64,000 bases of DNA. It comes from Octopus vulgaris (Eukaryota). Of this stretch, positions 27,545 through 42,562 are shown piece by piece (the stretch's first letter is position 1; each line of letters begins with the position of its first letter). The position numbers and the translations under genes are program-made. The notes under the pieces are model-generated. The model was not told the DNA's origin. It worked only from the letters and a program-made list of their open reading frames with translations, and did no database searches. The stretch spans positions 112,282,001 to 112,346,000 of the forward strand of contig OX597817.1 in assembly GCA_951406725.2 (NCBI GenBank), written 5' to 3'.

Positions 27545-29050
27545 TGCGCACAACAAATTTGACTGTTGGGAAAAAAATCTTAACATCGTGCTGCAACATG
27601 TAATCTTAGATGTCAAGAATCCTCCTAAGTATCCTAACTCTGCCTAATAACACTGTTTTCTGGAGCTGCACTAAACTAGGTTTAATACCTATTTCCTCTA
27701 TCTATCTGTTCAAATCTTTAGGGATAGTTCTTAATGCACCTATAACTACAAGATACATTTTACCCGCACTTTGCATAGTCTCAGTAACTCATGGCTAGGT
27801 CCTGGTACATGGCTATTTTCTTTTTATCTCTCATATCGATTTTCTCATCATTTTAAACAGTAAAGTCAATTACCTGGCACTTACTATTTTTTTTTTACTT
27901 CTACTACAGTATAGTCAAATTCTAGCTTTCTACATAACCCCCAGTGGATTATTCTCCCTAGGTTGCCATGTCTTTTCTGTTTTGTATTCTTTCTGTGCCA
28001 GCATACCACATTCACTAACTATATGAGTAACATTTTCTTCCTTTCATTTACATAATCTACATTGGGAATCTACCTGATTTTTGTCTATCTCGGATTTTAT
28101 CCAGTTATCTTGATGTTGTGCTGCTACTAACAAACTTTTTGTCTCCCTTTTCAGCCTTCCTTTCTGCAACCACAACCATGTCACACTATTACTATTTTCT
28201 ACTACTTCCTTTGGAAATCTATCATGCAAAGCCTTCTCTTGCCAGTCAGATAATCATAATCTTGCTTCCTTTTCCTGGTTTTTAACTACATTTGGCTATT
28301 TGGTTTCCCCGTCTCCTAATGTTACACTAGCAGCTCTTAATAAAATTTCCTCACTATTACCTACATAGGAGGCTGTGTCTACTTTAGCTAACACCGCACA
28401 GTTTTCTTCTGATATCAAACCTCTACCACCTTCCTAGTTCTTCAGTCTAGGTTTGCTAATTCAGATTTTGTCCAATCTACAAACGTTGCTGAATATCTAA
28501 GTAAGGGTACTGCCCAAATATTTACAGCCTTCACCGATTTACAGTTAAAGCTAAATGGTCCGAATACAATACAGGCCATTAAGCTTTAACTTCATTAACT
28601 TCCTTACTCTTCTTATGTACTCCTTCTCAATTTTCTCTTTCATCTCTATAGTTAGTACTCTGTCAGATTCTAATATTCCTAGGTATTTATAACTTTTTTC
28701 TTCTTTCAGTGATTGAAAAATCTGATAATTAAATGCCATCACTGCTAACTACCTGTATCTTTTTATATGACTAATATAGCGCACTTATCTATGCCAAATT
28801 CCATACCTTTATCTCTGTTGGAGACTGGTGCTGTTACTGTTGTTATCGTTTTCTTCTGGATCAGCCCCGATTGAGCAGATCTGTGATCAAAGGAGTTCCA
28901 AACTTGACCATATTCTTTTTGAAGATGGTAGGGAGAAATCTGTCCGGACTGGACATTGTATTGTATTCTTGAGCAAAAGCATTTTATTTCACATTGTTCC
29001 TGTCCAATCAAACTGTAAACGAATAACCATGCAATAGACTGGCATTCTGT
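27545..29050 (-). mobile_element. R4/Dong-like LINE fragment, decayed
   Basis: GMEFGIDKCA, YKYLGILE, WLWLQKGRLKRET.SLLVAAQ, CRLC; related to 61560-62380. Confidence 0.78.
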
Positions 29051-30084
29051 TTAGGGGGAATGTTGTGACCGCGGTTAATTATACACCGGTAGACCGGCCC
29101 GATGAGTCCTAGGATTCGAAAATTGTAATGTCTTGAGGTTCTGCTGTGACACACTCACTCACGAGTACAAGTTTATCCATATGCACACACATGTGTACAA
29201 CATGCACACACATATATGCATACATTCTCCAATTCAGGTAACCATAAATCCCAAGAATTGTCCTGCCACTTTGTCAGTGACCGGCTTGAATTCGGTAAAG
29301 AAAATAATGTACTTAAAAAAAATGTACTTAAAATAAATCCCATTTATACATGCGGTTAGATTTCAGTTCTAATACAAATAGCCTTATTGTTTTTCTAAGC
29401 AGAGCCTGCAATTCTACACGACCTTAATCCACCTTGTTATTAAAGAGGGCCTTATCATCTAGGCGCCCTTGTATGATGCAGCTAAATATCATTTATGACG
29501 AAGAATCAATTTCTTTTCGATAGAAATGTGAACTGATTTTGAAGAAATGATAGATTTCAGTTTACACATCTACTATAGAAGCATCATTAAATGAAGTAAT
29601 GTTGTAAATATCGAATTAATTATATTATGAATGCTAGAACCTAAAATTATGTTATCTAAAGTATTTAACTAGTACATCACAAATGGTAGATCTTTTGGAA
29701 GGATATAAAAATACTGACTAGAAAGTAATGGTTTATGCACTTGCAATCACATGATTCTAGATTCGATAGGAGATTACTTAGAAGTTTGGGTAAGTGGCTA
29801 TTTCAATAGTTTCGAGTCAACCCAATCCTTGTGAATGAAATAGGATGAAAGGAAACTGTGCAGACGTTCACCATATTGTACCTGTTTTAGAATGGAAGAC
29901 TTAACCCTTCACTGAGTTGAACATTACCACATGGATTTTGATTATTTTTAGTGGATTCTATTCAGCTGGAAGTATTCAGATTAGGTCGCTGTTCTGAGAC
30001 AAACTCTTCACTTTCCCCATCCAGAAAATGCTCATAGTGCTCTTCATCTTTTGTCCTTATACATATGCAGACACACACACACGC

Positions 30085-30163
<79 letters not shown>

Positions 30164-30305
30164 AACACACACACACACACACACACGCACGCAACTAAGA
30201 TATACATTACATTTTTAAATAGATGGAAAGTTAAATTTAACTGCTGGTACTATCGTCTCATGAACATTATAACATCTTATTTACTCTGGCTCCTTTTCTT
30301 TACAG

Positions 30306-31694
30306 GTAACAATGTAACTTATGAATGGGATTTTGACGATGGCGTTTTAGTAAACACCACAGATCAACAAATCGTTCATGTCTATTCACAACCAGGGACT
30401 TACAACGTTACTGTATCTGCATGGAATCTGCTGAGTAGTAAAAAAAATTTCACAGTGGTTTTTGCTGAAGAATCTATCAAAGATCTGAAAATAGAAAATA
30501 AACCCATAGCGACAACAGAGGATGCTATTTTTCAAATTAGTAAATCTAATGGTTCCCACTTTCAATGTACACTCTCTTATGGAGACAATTCTGACACCAG
30601 CCTGAGCACGCCGGATTTTGCACCTACGGCTTCTTCAACACACAGATATCAACAAAGAGGCACATACGATGTCACAATAGCTTGTTCAAATAACGTTTCA
30701 CAAAATTCACTTACTGTTAAGCAAATAGTCGTTGATCCAATTACAGAACTGAAACTTATCGAAGAGGGAGTACTTAAAAGTGAGAGAAAAGCTATCAATT
30801 TTTCAATTGCTACTGGATCTGACGTTTCATTTGAGTTAACTTTAGATGGGGTAGACTATCCAGTCACATATAACCCTAACACACTAACTGGTTCAACAGA
30901 TTTAATTGACTGGCCAAACTATGGGTTACATTATGTCATTATATCTGCAACAAATCCAGTTTCAAATGTAACAGAAACGGTTGAGTTTGGAGTGGTAGAA
31001 GAAATAACAGGAGCTAACTCTACGGTGGTCGGAGAAAAGAAAAGAATAAAAGTCGGCGATGATGTGACATATAAAGTAACGAAGGATACTGGATCAGACG
31101 TGCAAACTGAATGGATTTTTGGTGACGGGCAAACGTTTATTACTCCATGGAATGATACAGATCAGACAATTCATACTTTCAACTTTGCAGGAAATTACAC
31201 TGTTGTCGTAAATATTTTTAACAAACAGAAAAAGGTAGTATTTACACACAACGTAATAGTTTTGGCTCCTATCGAAAATCTGACTTTACAAAGTAACAGT
31301 CCTGTCTTATTTACACCACCTGCCAACGTCAATTTCAAATTTGTTTTGGCCAGTCTTCAAGTTCCTACTGATGCCAGAGTAGACATCAACTATGGAGATG
31401 GGAACGCGGACAATCTTTTTTTTGATCTGGACAGTGCATATTACCATGCCTATGAAGACGTCGGCGTTTTTCATGTAACGGCAACCGTAAGCAACGAGAT
31501 AAATGCAGCGGATCTCGAAACAGTAGTGGATATTATCGAGCCGCTTGAAGATCTTACCATTAAATCTAATCCAACATTTGCTGTAGTGAACGAACTTGTA
31601 CAGATTTCTATATTTTTGTATCGAGGAGGCAACACAAATGTCAGTATCACATGGGACATGGGTGATGGCACGATCAGTGAGACACCAAGAAAGG
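30306..31694 (+). CDS. PKD1: Polycystin-1-like exon F, large exon with about 6 PKD repeats, phase 1 to 1
   Basis: tttacag|gt acceptor and aagg|gtaagt donor; PKD motifs WDFDDG, LSYGD, WIFGDG, INYGDG, WDMGDG with HxY..PGxYxVxV. Confidence 0.93.
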
Positions 31695-33660
31695 GTAAGT
31701 AATATTCATTACTGTACACTTGGATTTATATAAAAAAAGGTCATTATTGAATAATGTGAAAGTGAATTGTCAGAAATTTACGATGACAAAAGATTTTCTC
31801 AGTTGTTCAACTATTATCCAGGATAATTTGCCATTGTTAATTTGTCGTTAGTCATTAGACAAGTGGAATGATAGACTAAGAGGAAACTGTAGAAAACCTG
31901 TGTTACAGAAATAATAACCCGTTCCTGTAAAACTTGCTGTAAGATGGAACCCTGTGACGCAAAATTAATTTTCCCGTTGATTTTCAGATTTATTAAGTCA
32001 TAATGCGTTCTGGCAGACATTTTCATACAAGAAACAATATGTAATCTGTGACACCTGCTAAACATTTTTTATTGGATTGACAGACACTATATTGTGACTA
32101 TATTTCTTTTCTGTGGTTGATATTTCCATGAAAAATATATTTTCCATAGCGTAGCTGTGTGGTAAGAAGATTGATTCCCAACCACGCATTTCCAGGTTCA
32201 GTCCCAATGTGTAGCACGTTGGGCAAGTGTCTTCTTACTATAACCTCGGGCCAACCAAAACTTGGTGAGTGGATTTGGTAAACGGAAACTGAAAGAAGCC
32301 CATCGCGTATGTGTATGAGTGTGTCTTTGTGTCTATGTTTGCCCCCCCCCCATCACCGCTTGACAACCGCTGTTGGTATGTTTATGTCCCCATAACTTAA
32401 CTGTTCGGTAAAAGAGATAGAAATAAATACGATGCTTAAAAATTAAGTCCTGGGGGCGATTTATTTGACTAAAATTCTTCAGGGCGGTGCTCCAGTATGG
32501 CCGCAGTCTAATGACTGAAACGAGTAAAAGAATAACAAAATAACACTGCGAACATTTCTGTTTGATAAATCCTTTTCGCATAACATTGTGCTTAGATGGT
32601 GTTATGTCTCATGACATGCGTACTTTTTCAAAAGCATGTATATGTGCTTGTGCATATGTGGTATTTGTGTTGAAGATTGCGTCTTCTCAAACGTTGCTGG
32701 TTGAGCAGAGTTACATCACTGAAAAAAAACAAAAAAACTGATCAAGCAAAATGTTTAAGTAGTATTTTTGCCATATCTTTTCAGTCTTTATTTAAGGTCT
32801 ATGTATTTTAAATGCTATGCCTCAACCAGACAGCAGAGTATTATCAGAAAATGTACACTGCAGGAAGAAATGAAATTAAGTACTGATTTTGACTTAGTTT
32901 TAGAGTGGAAATATTTTCTGTGTCAATTTTACCCTTCATTCTTCCATGATCAATGAGATAATGCGCAGTAATGCACTAGAATTGGTTTTAAAATGAACAG
33001 CATTCCACCAAAAGTCTTGAATTATGCTTAATAAAGTTATATTCATCTCATCTGGTAATAGTGAACCAACAACTTCTATTTTCCTCCATCAACTAATCTT
33101 GGACATTTACTGAGTGATTCTCTCATTTCTAATTTGACTTGTTTGATGAGAGAGCTATGCTTATTTGACGATATCATAATAATATTGAAACATATTCGGA
33201 GTTATCTCCTATATTTGTTAGTATGGCTTTTCCTATTGCCAACAATTACCTGTTTTTCAAGGAAGAGACTTCTTGTTTTTCAAAGGTCTTCAAATGAACT
33301 GAGTAGCAAGTTGTAATGTTAACCACCATTTCGTTCAATGGATAGTTAGCTACAGAATATCAACATTAATGCACATTTGCATACACCTATAAATGCATAC
33401 ATACATGATGCATACACACAAAGATGTGCGTGCGCTCACACACACACATACACACACACATAAATACATACATACATACATACATACATACATACATACA
33501 TACATACATACATACATACATACATACATGCATACATGCATACATACATACATACATACATACATACATACATACATACATACATACATACATACATACA
33601 TACATACATACATACATACATGCATACATACATACATACATACATGCATACATGCATACA

Positions 33661-33691
<31 letters not shown>

Positions 33692-34127
33692 GCATACATG
33701 CATACATACATACATACATACATACATACATACATACATACATACATACATACATACATACATACATACATACATACATACATACATACATACATACATA
33801 CATACATACATACATACATACATACATACATACATACATGCATACATACATACATACACACGCTTGCACACTTTGATCAGTTTCTCTCTACCAGTTTCAA
33901 TGACAAGCATTGATTGACCCAGGGATGTAGTAGAAAACATTTATTCAAGGTGTTGTGTAGTGGGGCTGAACCTAAAACCATGTGGTTGTGAAGTGAACTT
34001 CTTAACCACGCAACCATACAAATGTCTATAGCCACGCTTGCATCAATATTTATACTTTGCAAAACTGTTAGCTATTGCCTGTGGAAAAAAAAATTATAGT
34101 TCCTCATAATCTATTTTTACTATACAG

Positions 34128-34304
34128 GTATTAGTCCTCACGAACCTGATGTCTTTGACCACACCTATACATCTGTCGGCAATTATACAATAAAGGTGTC
34201 AGTGAAAAGTATTCTCGAAGTCATCAACACTACTTACTTCATGGTTTGCCAACAAGCTGTTGCTAGAGGCAGAGTCGACGACATTCATCCGCGAGTTTTT
34301 ACAG
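34128..34304 (+). CDS. PKD1: Polycystin-1-like exon G (completes a PKD repeat: DHTYTSVGNYTIKV), phase 1 to 1
   Basis: tatacag|gt acceptor and acag|gtaatt donor; continues the WDMGDG repeat of exon F. Confidence 0.88.
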
Positions 34305-34639
34305 GTAATTGCTATATATTGTATACACACAACAATGTGCACATGATAGAATATTTGCATGCATGTATGTTTATATCTATACATATACTTATATTTAATA
34401 AACACACACACACACACACAGACACACACACACACACATATATATATACGTGTGTATATATGCATATATATATATATATGCATGTTTTCGTTTCTCATTG
34501 TGTTCAACGTTTTTTTTGATGTCCTGAACCCGTATATATGCATGTATATATACATATATATATATAGGTATGTACATATATGTATGTATGCATATATGTA
34601 TGTATGCATATATTTATATACTATTTATATTATATATAT

Positions 34640-35285
34640 ATTGAACAAAAGAAGTTGGTGTGGAAGTATTAATAAGAAAGGCTGCTGAACTTGGAGGACA
34701 CATGGGATGAACAGAGATTATCTCAGGCTGACCCGATAGAGGGACCAGTAATCCAGGTTGACAGCAGTGTGGTAGATAAAATAATCAAGAATATGAAGAC
34801 GGGGCAAGTGTCAGGATCATTGGGGTTAGTGGCAGGGATGCTCAAAATATCTTACGAATTAGGATACATGGTTACCATTTAGATAGTTAATCGAGTCAAC
34901 GAGGTAGATGATATACCCAATGAGTGGTGTAGCAGTGTCTCTGTAAACTGCTATAAGGGCAAAGGTGATGTCTAAGAGAAATCAAACATTTGGACCAAGT
35001 TATGAAGGTCATGGAGAAAGTTATAACTCAGTTGATCCATGGTTGAATGAACCTGGGTGAGATGCAATTCGGTTTTGTCCCCAAGAGAGGGACCATAGAT
35101 GAAATCTTCCTAGTGGGGAGAAATACACGGATAAAAATAAACTCTATTCTTGGTTTTCATTGATTTGGAGAAAGAATCTGACAGGGTACCACATTCGGTA
35201 ATTTAGTGGGCTCTGAGGAAACAAGGTGTAGGTAAATGGCTTGAGCGGGCTATTCAAGCTATGTACAGGAATGCTATAAGTAATA
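34640..35285 (+). mobile_element. RTE-like LINE RT fragment, interrupted at the Gypsy remnant
   Basis: EMQFGFVPKRGTIDEIF and LFLVFIDLEKE.DRVPH motifs. Confidence 0.7.
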
Positions 35286-35299
35286 GGACAAAATTTATA

Positions 35300-37180
35300 T
35301 TATTTACTCTCAACCGAAGCTTTTGAGAAATCGCTGGGGCAGACTTTACCCCCAAAAGTAATCTGTTGTATTGGTATAATCCACGATAAATATTTATGGT
35401 TAGGAGCTCTTTTGGCGCATCGTCTACAGCTATTTGTAAATATGCTTCCGCTAAGTCATTCTTGAAAAAACAGTTTCCCCCATTTAATCTTGCAAATAAG
35501 TCTTCAAGAACAGGTAGTGGACAGCGATGTAGCTCTAATGAATCGTTAAGTCTCGTAGAAAAATCAGTACATATATGTATACAACCATTTTTCTATTTTA
35601 CTATAACAATGGGCGCTGCCCATGAAGAATAATTCACTTTTAATATTACATACAAATTTTCTAATGTATCTAGCCAGCGATAACGAGGTATAAGAAACTG
35701 AATGCTTCGGCTTGAAAACAGCTCTGACATTTGGTTTAAGATGCAAAGATGCTGTAAATTTTGTGCATAATCCTAAGCTAACTTTGAAAACTGGTTTGAA
35801 TTCTTGCTGAAAATTTCCAGCATGATTAGTGTATGCAACATGTTCAACTTCAACACTGCCAGTGCTATTTAAAAGGGTGAGTGTTACTTTACTTAGTGTT
35901 ATATTCCATAACCCAAGTTTCTCAATCCAGTCTATTCCGAGGATGTCCTGGTAAGGATTCTCAGTAATGTAGCAGAATGTAGTAATGTAAGTCGGGTCTC
36001 TGAGTGAATAAAGGCATGATACTTTCTTTTGATAACCAACGGCTTTTTGTTCAGTTGATAAAATGGCTGGTTTACCGGTTTTGTGCCATGTTCCTTCAAA
36101 AACGATGGTAATATCAGGTGCAGTTTCACGTTGTAAGTATATACCATATCCATCTATCTGCATAGTAATATATTTCCTTTTCGAGGTGGTTTCGCCTTTA
36201 ACTGTGGCGAAGACTCTATTTGAAATAATACTTTCTGCGGTTGAATCGGATTCGATGACTTCTACTGTGTTACTGGAATAACTCAGGACTGTAGCAATAA
36301 CCATTTTTATGTCCATAATTGTGACATTTGAGACATTTTTTGTTCTTGTACAGACAATAATGTTCATAGTGCCACTCGCCACAGTAGCAACATGCTTTTG
36401 GGTGGGGGAGGGGGGGGGGCTGAGTTATCGTAGATCCGTAAGGGGGTTTAGACTTCTGTGAACTCCAGTTTGTTTCTTTGTGGTTGAAACTATTTAATTT
36501 CCTGTGGAATTTTGTATCATTTGAGTATGTGCTTAATAATAAATAATTGTTCACATTCACTCGTTAATTGTTGTAAAGTAATGTCGTCAGATGTGTCCAA
36601 TTTGACTAGGACATGAGTTCTTATATCATCGTAGCTTGGTTATGTCAGGCCAGATACGAAAAATTAGATTTTTAAATTGGTTATCAGTCATTGTCTTTTA
36701 GATTTTTCGCATTCTTTGTTTATACGCCCAGCAAGTGCAATAAAATCTTCTTCGGGGCGTTTTTCTAATTTGAAACATTTATATCTTCTGTTAAACAATG
36801 ATGATATCTCACCAAATATGTAGTTTTAAAGTGAAAGACATTAGAATGTTTGGGTAACCCAATTGTGATACTTTACTTGAACCAACGAGATCCGTCGCTT
36901 GCATGACAAAAAAAAAAAAAACCTTAATAACGATTATACTAGGATGCAAAGTTCATTTTGTTCGTCATATTATTCAAAGATAGGAAGCTTGTCCAAAACT
37001 TTTGAAGTTGTGCTACTTTCATTGTTAACCGATCTAGTAGGATTTGACTGCATAAACTTGGAAGCTAAAGCTGTTGAAATATCCAATATCTGCTTGTCAC
37101 ATTGTTTTTGTATTTCTAAGGACCCTTGTTGCATTACTTTCAATTATCACTCATCGCCAAATAATGTTATAACCTAAGAC
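35300..37180 (-). mobile_element. Gypsy-type LTR retrotransposon remnant (gag Zn knuckles, protease, RT N-half)
   Basis: C.YCG..H...C...KCLKC...GH...C; degenerate protease LQRETAPDIT; ICTDFST.LN...PLP..EDLFA.L.GG..F...DLAEAYLQI. Confidence 0.82.
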
Positions 37181-37374
37181 GAATAATGATATTGTGCTCA
37201 GATAATAACGAACGAAGAAAACATTGCAACAATTCCAAATCAAAGTGCAAAATGGCCTATTGTAACTTCAATTATCCACGGGGCAAAATGAACCGTCTGT
37301 ACCACAGTAGGCATGCTACGGCGAAAAGAGTAAATCCACAAGTAGTGGCTGATGCTAAATGACCTTTCGAAAAG

Positions 37375-37655
37375 GTAGAGAGAAAGAAAGGCTTTCGAAA
37401 ACAATGACCGAATCAAGAAAAACATCTTGGATTGTAATTAAATTTCAATAGGTTGACCACATCGATACAAAATAATTGAAAAGAAACTTCTCTATCTCTG
37501 TCGTTCCCCATCATTTTCTCTCCTTTCTCCTTTTTCTTGTCTTTCCCATCCTTCTTCCAAAAATTGACATCTTGAAAGGTCATTTCTACTCTCTTCCTCT
37601 CCTTCCTTCCTTCCTAGTTCTTTCTCCTCTTCTAAACAAATAGAACAACAACAAC

Positions 37656-37712
<57 letters not shown>

Positions 37713-38055
37713 CTACACACATCATTTTTAAAATCCTAATATATATATTCAGAGACATGTTAATATGAATGTAATAAAAAAAAAAAGAAAGAGATAGTTT
37801 CAAAAACAATGACTGAATCAAGAATGACATCTTGAATTGCAATTAAATTTCAATGAGTTGACCACATATATTTCACTTTTCCAATCCTAATGTGTATATT
37901 TACAAATATGTTAATATGTATATAATGAGAGAAGGAAAGGGAGACAGAAAGAGATGTTTTCGGAAACACTGACTGAATCAAGAATGACGTCTTGAATCGT
38001 AAGTAAATTTCAATGGGCTGACCACATCGATACATTATAATTGAAAAGAAGCCTT
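37375..38055 (+). repeat. Three diverged copies of a ~100-bp motif (near 37395, 37800, 37960)
   Basis: aaacaatgac.gaatcaagaa..acatcttg.att..aattaaatttcaat..gttgaccacat repeated three times. Confidence 0.75.
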
Positions 38056-38254
38056 TCGGCCTCTCTCTCGCTCTCTCTCTCTCTCTTCCCCTCCTCTTGT
38101 TTTTCCCTCTCTCTTTCGCTTGTCCTGCTTCTTATCTTGGATCGTTTCCTTTCAAAAAGAAAAGATCCCCTATCTTCCCCTTTTCCCTTTCTCCAGAAAA
38201 CAAATTTTCTCCTCTTCTAAACAAAATAAAACATCCCCTTTCCGATTCATATAT

Positions 38255-39550
38255 ACATGGCACAGTGAATAAATTGCCAGCTAAATGAAAATAACGCTGA
38301 CATCTCATTTTAACAGATATATTTACCAAAATTATATTAAAATAACTTGAAATACTAAAGATAAAATTTGTTCAATAAAATCGCCATTGGCTTCGACTAC
38401 GGCTTCCAGACGACTTTGGAATCTCCAGCAACTCTGCTGGACGGTCTCCTTATTTAAGTTGGTGAATGCTGCCATTATCATTGCCTTCAGTTCATCTTTG
38501 GTGTCACTAGGAGTTTTGTTGGTCTCTCGTCCAACTGCGCCCCACATATAATAATCAAGGGGGTTGTTGTCTGGGGAGTTAGGTGGCCAGATGTTAAGGG
38601 TGGTGTGGTCGCAGAAATTGTCTGATAGCCATGACTGGGTTCTCTTGCTTGTGAGGCACGGTGCAGGGTCCTGTTGCTAAACATAGAGTCTTCCAGCAGC
38701 CACCCTCTTGACCCAAGGCAGTACTACCTCCTCCAGGCACTTGATGTAGGCTTCCGTGTTGAGCCTGAGGCCGTGTGGGAAGATGAATGGAGGCATAACG
38801 ATGCCATCGCTAGTGATCACTCCAAACACCATGATGTTGACTGGATGTTTGATTTTTATCACTCTCGGTACATGTTTTAGGGGCACACCAAACCAGTGGT
38901 TGTTCTGCGTGTTCACCATCTGTTTCTGGCAGAAATTTTTCTCGTCTGAGAAAATTCATAGCATGATCGGTTGGAGGGGATGCTTGAGTTTGTTCAAAAG
39001 CTTCGTAGTGTGGTCTTTCCTCTTGTTCTTCATGGCTTGGGATACAAATTGGCCCTTTATCATCATGTATGAGAAATACCGAATGTCTTCATGTACTACC
39101 TTCCTGATAAGAAACTCAGACACTCTCATGTCCCTGGTAATGGACCTAATTGACTTGGAGTGATCGTTGTCAATCATGGCCTGGATCTCACCAACAAATT
39201 CAGTAGTTCTTTTCTTATCAGAACGATCAGAGTGAGTTTCCGAGCTGCTGTACCTTCGTAATCACCATTGGACTCATCCAACTCTTTCCGAATCCTCTGT
39301 ACTATCCTCAGATTGACACCCAAGCACTCTGCTCTGTTCGTATTGGAGCACCCAGCATGAATGCTAAGCAGCACAGCATATCGTTTCCAAATTTCTGGCA
39401 GAGTGAATTGCGTCATGGTGGTGTTTTTCTCATAGATGGTTCCCAACCGACCCTACTATATTGTGTAGTTGACAAAATTATAAACAAACAATACGCATGC
39501 GGGAAATTAAAAATATAAAATTGAGACGATTTACCCATCGTACCCTCTGT
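38255..39550 (-). mobile_element. Decayed Tc1/IS630-like DNA transposon
   Basis: FSDEKNF, IMVFGVITSDG..MPPFIF, QQDPAPCL, WPPNSPDNNPLDY..WG fragments. Confidence 0.82.
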
Positions 39551-39578
39551 GTGTGTGTGTATATGTGTACATATATAT

Positions 39579-39636
<58 letters not shown>

Positions 39637-39665
39637 GTATGCATGTATATACACACACACATACA

Positions 39666-40676
39666 TACAAGGGGTATTCATTAAAGATTTCCCCTAACCC
39701 ACTTCCGGTTATTGTAGGAAACGCAACTTGTACAGGCATAATTATACGTCTCTACATGTCACAGTAAATTGTAGCTTTCCACTAGTATTCGTTTGTCTTT
39801 TACGGCTGCTGAAGTGGACTAAGGTGTTATAATGAGGCAGTTAAATGCAGATCGTAAACCAAAAGCGACTTTCGATGAGATGAAAGAAGTTTATGGTGTC
39901 GATGCACTATCATACAACGTAATCAAGCACTGGCATTGCCAATTCAAATGTGGATGGACATCGGTGGAAACTGCTCCTATTCCTGCACGATTACATTCTG
40001 CCATTGATGATGACACCATCCATAAAGTGGAAGCCGGCATTTTGGGGGATCAGCGCATAACTATTCGGCAACTATCACAAGAAGTGAAGATAAGAGTAGG
40101 GTCCATGGAAAAAAATCACTCACGACCATTTGCATACGCGGAAGTTGTCTGCACGATGGATTCCCCGGATGCACACACTTTTTCAGAAGCAGGAACGAGT
40201 CAATTGCTCCCAAGTTCTTTTGGCAATGTGCCAAGAAAACGAGGAGGACTTTTTCGGCAGACTTATCGCACAAAATGAAACATGGGTTCATCACCATTAT
40301 CCGGAAAGTCAAGTCCGGTCAAAGCATGATAACTCACCACCTCCAAAGAAGGCTCGTGTCCAGCCCTCAGCTGGCAAGATGATGCTCACAGTCTATTGGG
40401 ACCAGCACGGAGTAGTGATGATGGATTTCCTGGCAAAGGGCATCATAATTATTGGGGCATGTTATGCTTCTCTGCTGCAGAAATTGCGGGACGCCATCAA
40501 AGCAGAGAGGCGTGGCATGCTGACCAAAGGAATCCTCCTCTTCCTAGACAACGTCCCAGTTCACAATGTGCATGTTGCCCAGATGAAAGCACACTCCTGC
40601 AGCTATGAAATCCTTCCTCATTCTCTTTACTCTCCCGACGTCGTACCATCTGACTTCCATTTTTTCCAATCATGAA

Positions 40677-40680
<4 letters not shown>
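39666..40680 (+). mobile_element. Decayed mariner transposon
   Basis: KLSARWIPR, NETWVHH..PES, KMMLTVYWD, LDNVPVH, PHSLYSPDVVPSDFHFF; frameshifted. Confidence 0.85.
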
Positions 40681-40713
<33 letters not shown>

Positions 40714-41147
40714 TCATCATCATCATCATTTAACGTCCACAGTTCATACTAGCATAGGTTGGACAGTTTGCTAAGGATCCAATGAGTCAAAGACGGCATT
40801 GTACTCTGCTGTCTGCTTTGGCATGGTTTCTATGGCTGGATGTCCTTCCTAATACCAGTCTCTTTACAGTGTGGAGTAAGTGCTTCCTTGTGGCACCAGC
40901 ACTGTTGAGGTCACGATGTAGGTCCCTACTCAACAAACCCAGGAAGGGAAGAAATGAAAATTCGATGAATGCACAGTACACGTCTGTACCGTAGGCATAA
41001 CAGCCAGGAACTGATACGGCCTACTGGCACGAAAGTTTTCACGTAAGCACAAGAAGGTGGTATCACCTCCCACCTAAAGGATTTTGCCCATATGGCATTA
41101 GTTTTGATGAGAAAAAAATAAAATCGGATACTTTTTGAACACATCTC

Positions 41148-41193
<46 letters not shown>

Positions 41194-41731
41194 AGTGTAT
41201 ATATTTATAAAAAAGAAGTAAAATTTATCTTATATAGTGGTGTTTTCAAACTTCTTTTTTATAAATATATATATGTCTGTGTGTGTGTGTGTATTTATGA
41301 GTGTATGTATATAGATATATGTGTGTGTGTGCGTATATATATACACACACACATTCATGTATACACATATACCCAAATGCATGCACATGTATACAATACA
41401 TCCCCATGCAGTGCTTCTAGAAGTCAACAACAACAATCTTGCTCATGTTTCGAAATATTTACCTGTCCCTTGATATTGAATAAGCTTCCTTTTGTGTAAA
41501 TTTCTAGCTTTGTGCCAAGGTAAGAAACCAATATTCAGATTGTTTTAAAATATCCATCAATAGTTCAATAGTTTCATATTTGGCTTTCAAGAATCAATAA
41601 CAATGTGGCTGACAAAAGTAAAATATGTGTGTTTTCTTCTTATTTTCTTTACTTTTATTGTGTTTTTGTTTTTGATTTTATCTGGTATTCTTGACAGAAG
41701 GATTTCATTGTCTATTGATACCATTTTCTAG

Positions 41732-41982
41732 GTTCTCAACTCTCTGTCATGGTAAACATGAATTATGAAGGTGGCATTCCACCAGCTAATTCGTATGCGT
41801 GTTACTTTAACACTACGAACGAAAATGAAGATACAAAGTGCTGCATTGGTGACAACGAACATGCTTTAAAGAGGCCCTTGCTAACAAATGACCAATTATC
41901 ATTGCAATACAATGAAGCTGGAGTTTTCATCGGAAAATTAGTCACATGTAATATGGTATCAAGGGAAGAATACACTTTTAAA
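41732..41982 (+). CDS. PKD1: Polycystin-1-like exon H (degenerate PKD repeat), phase 1 to 0
   Basis: ttttctag|gt acceptor and aaa|gtaagg donor; LQYNEAGVFIGKLVTCNMVS fits a PKD C-terminal strand pattern. Confidence 0.85.
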
Positions 41983-42153
41983 GTAAGGATCAAATATTTT
42001 CTTTAACCGCACACTGAGAGTGTTCAGCTTATAATTGTGGGGAGAATATTATCAAATATCACATTTAGTACTTTATTCGATCCTTTCTGGTCAATGAAAT
42101 AAAGTATCAGTCAAATGTTATGCCCAATATTATCAGTTAACTGCTATGCACGA

Positions 42154-42222
<69 letters not shown>

Positions 42223-42507
42223 ACACACACACGCATGCACACACACACACACACACACATGCACATGCACACACACAAAACAAAAAATTGGGTCATATGC
42301 CTCAGCTAGAAATAGTATTTATATTTTATGCATAGACACAGGTGTGGCTGTGTGGTAAGAAGCCTGCTTCCCAACCACATGGTTCTGTGTTCAGTTCTAC
42401 TGTGAGGCACCTTGGACAACCATCTTCTACTCTAACATCAGGCTGACCAAAGCTTTGTGAGTGGATTTGGTAGACAGAAATTGAAGGAAGCCCATCGTGT
42501 ACATACA

Positions 42508-42540
<33 letters not shown>

Positions 42541-42562
42541 GTATATATATATATATATATGC

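Noticed and set aside
30065-30305. N-terminal extension of the 545-aa ORF
   Set aside because: Intronic (CA)n read-through; the true exon starts at the acceptor at 30306
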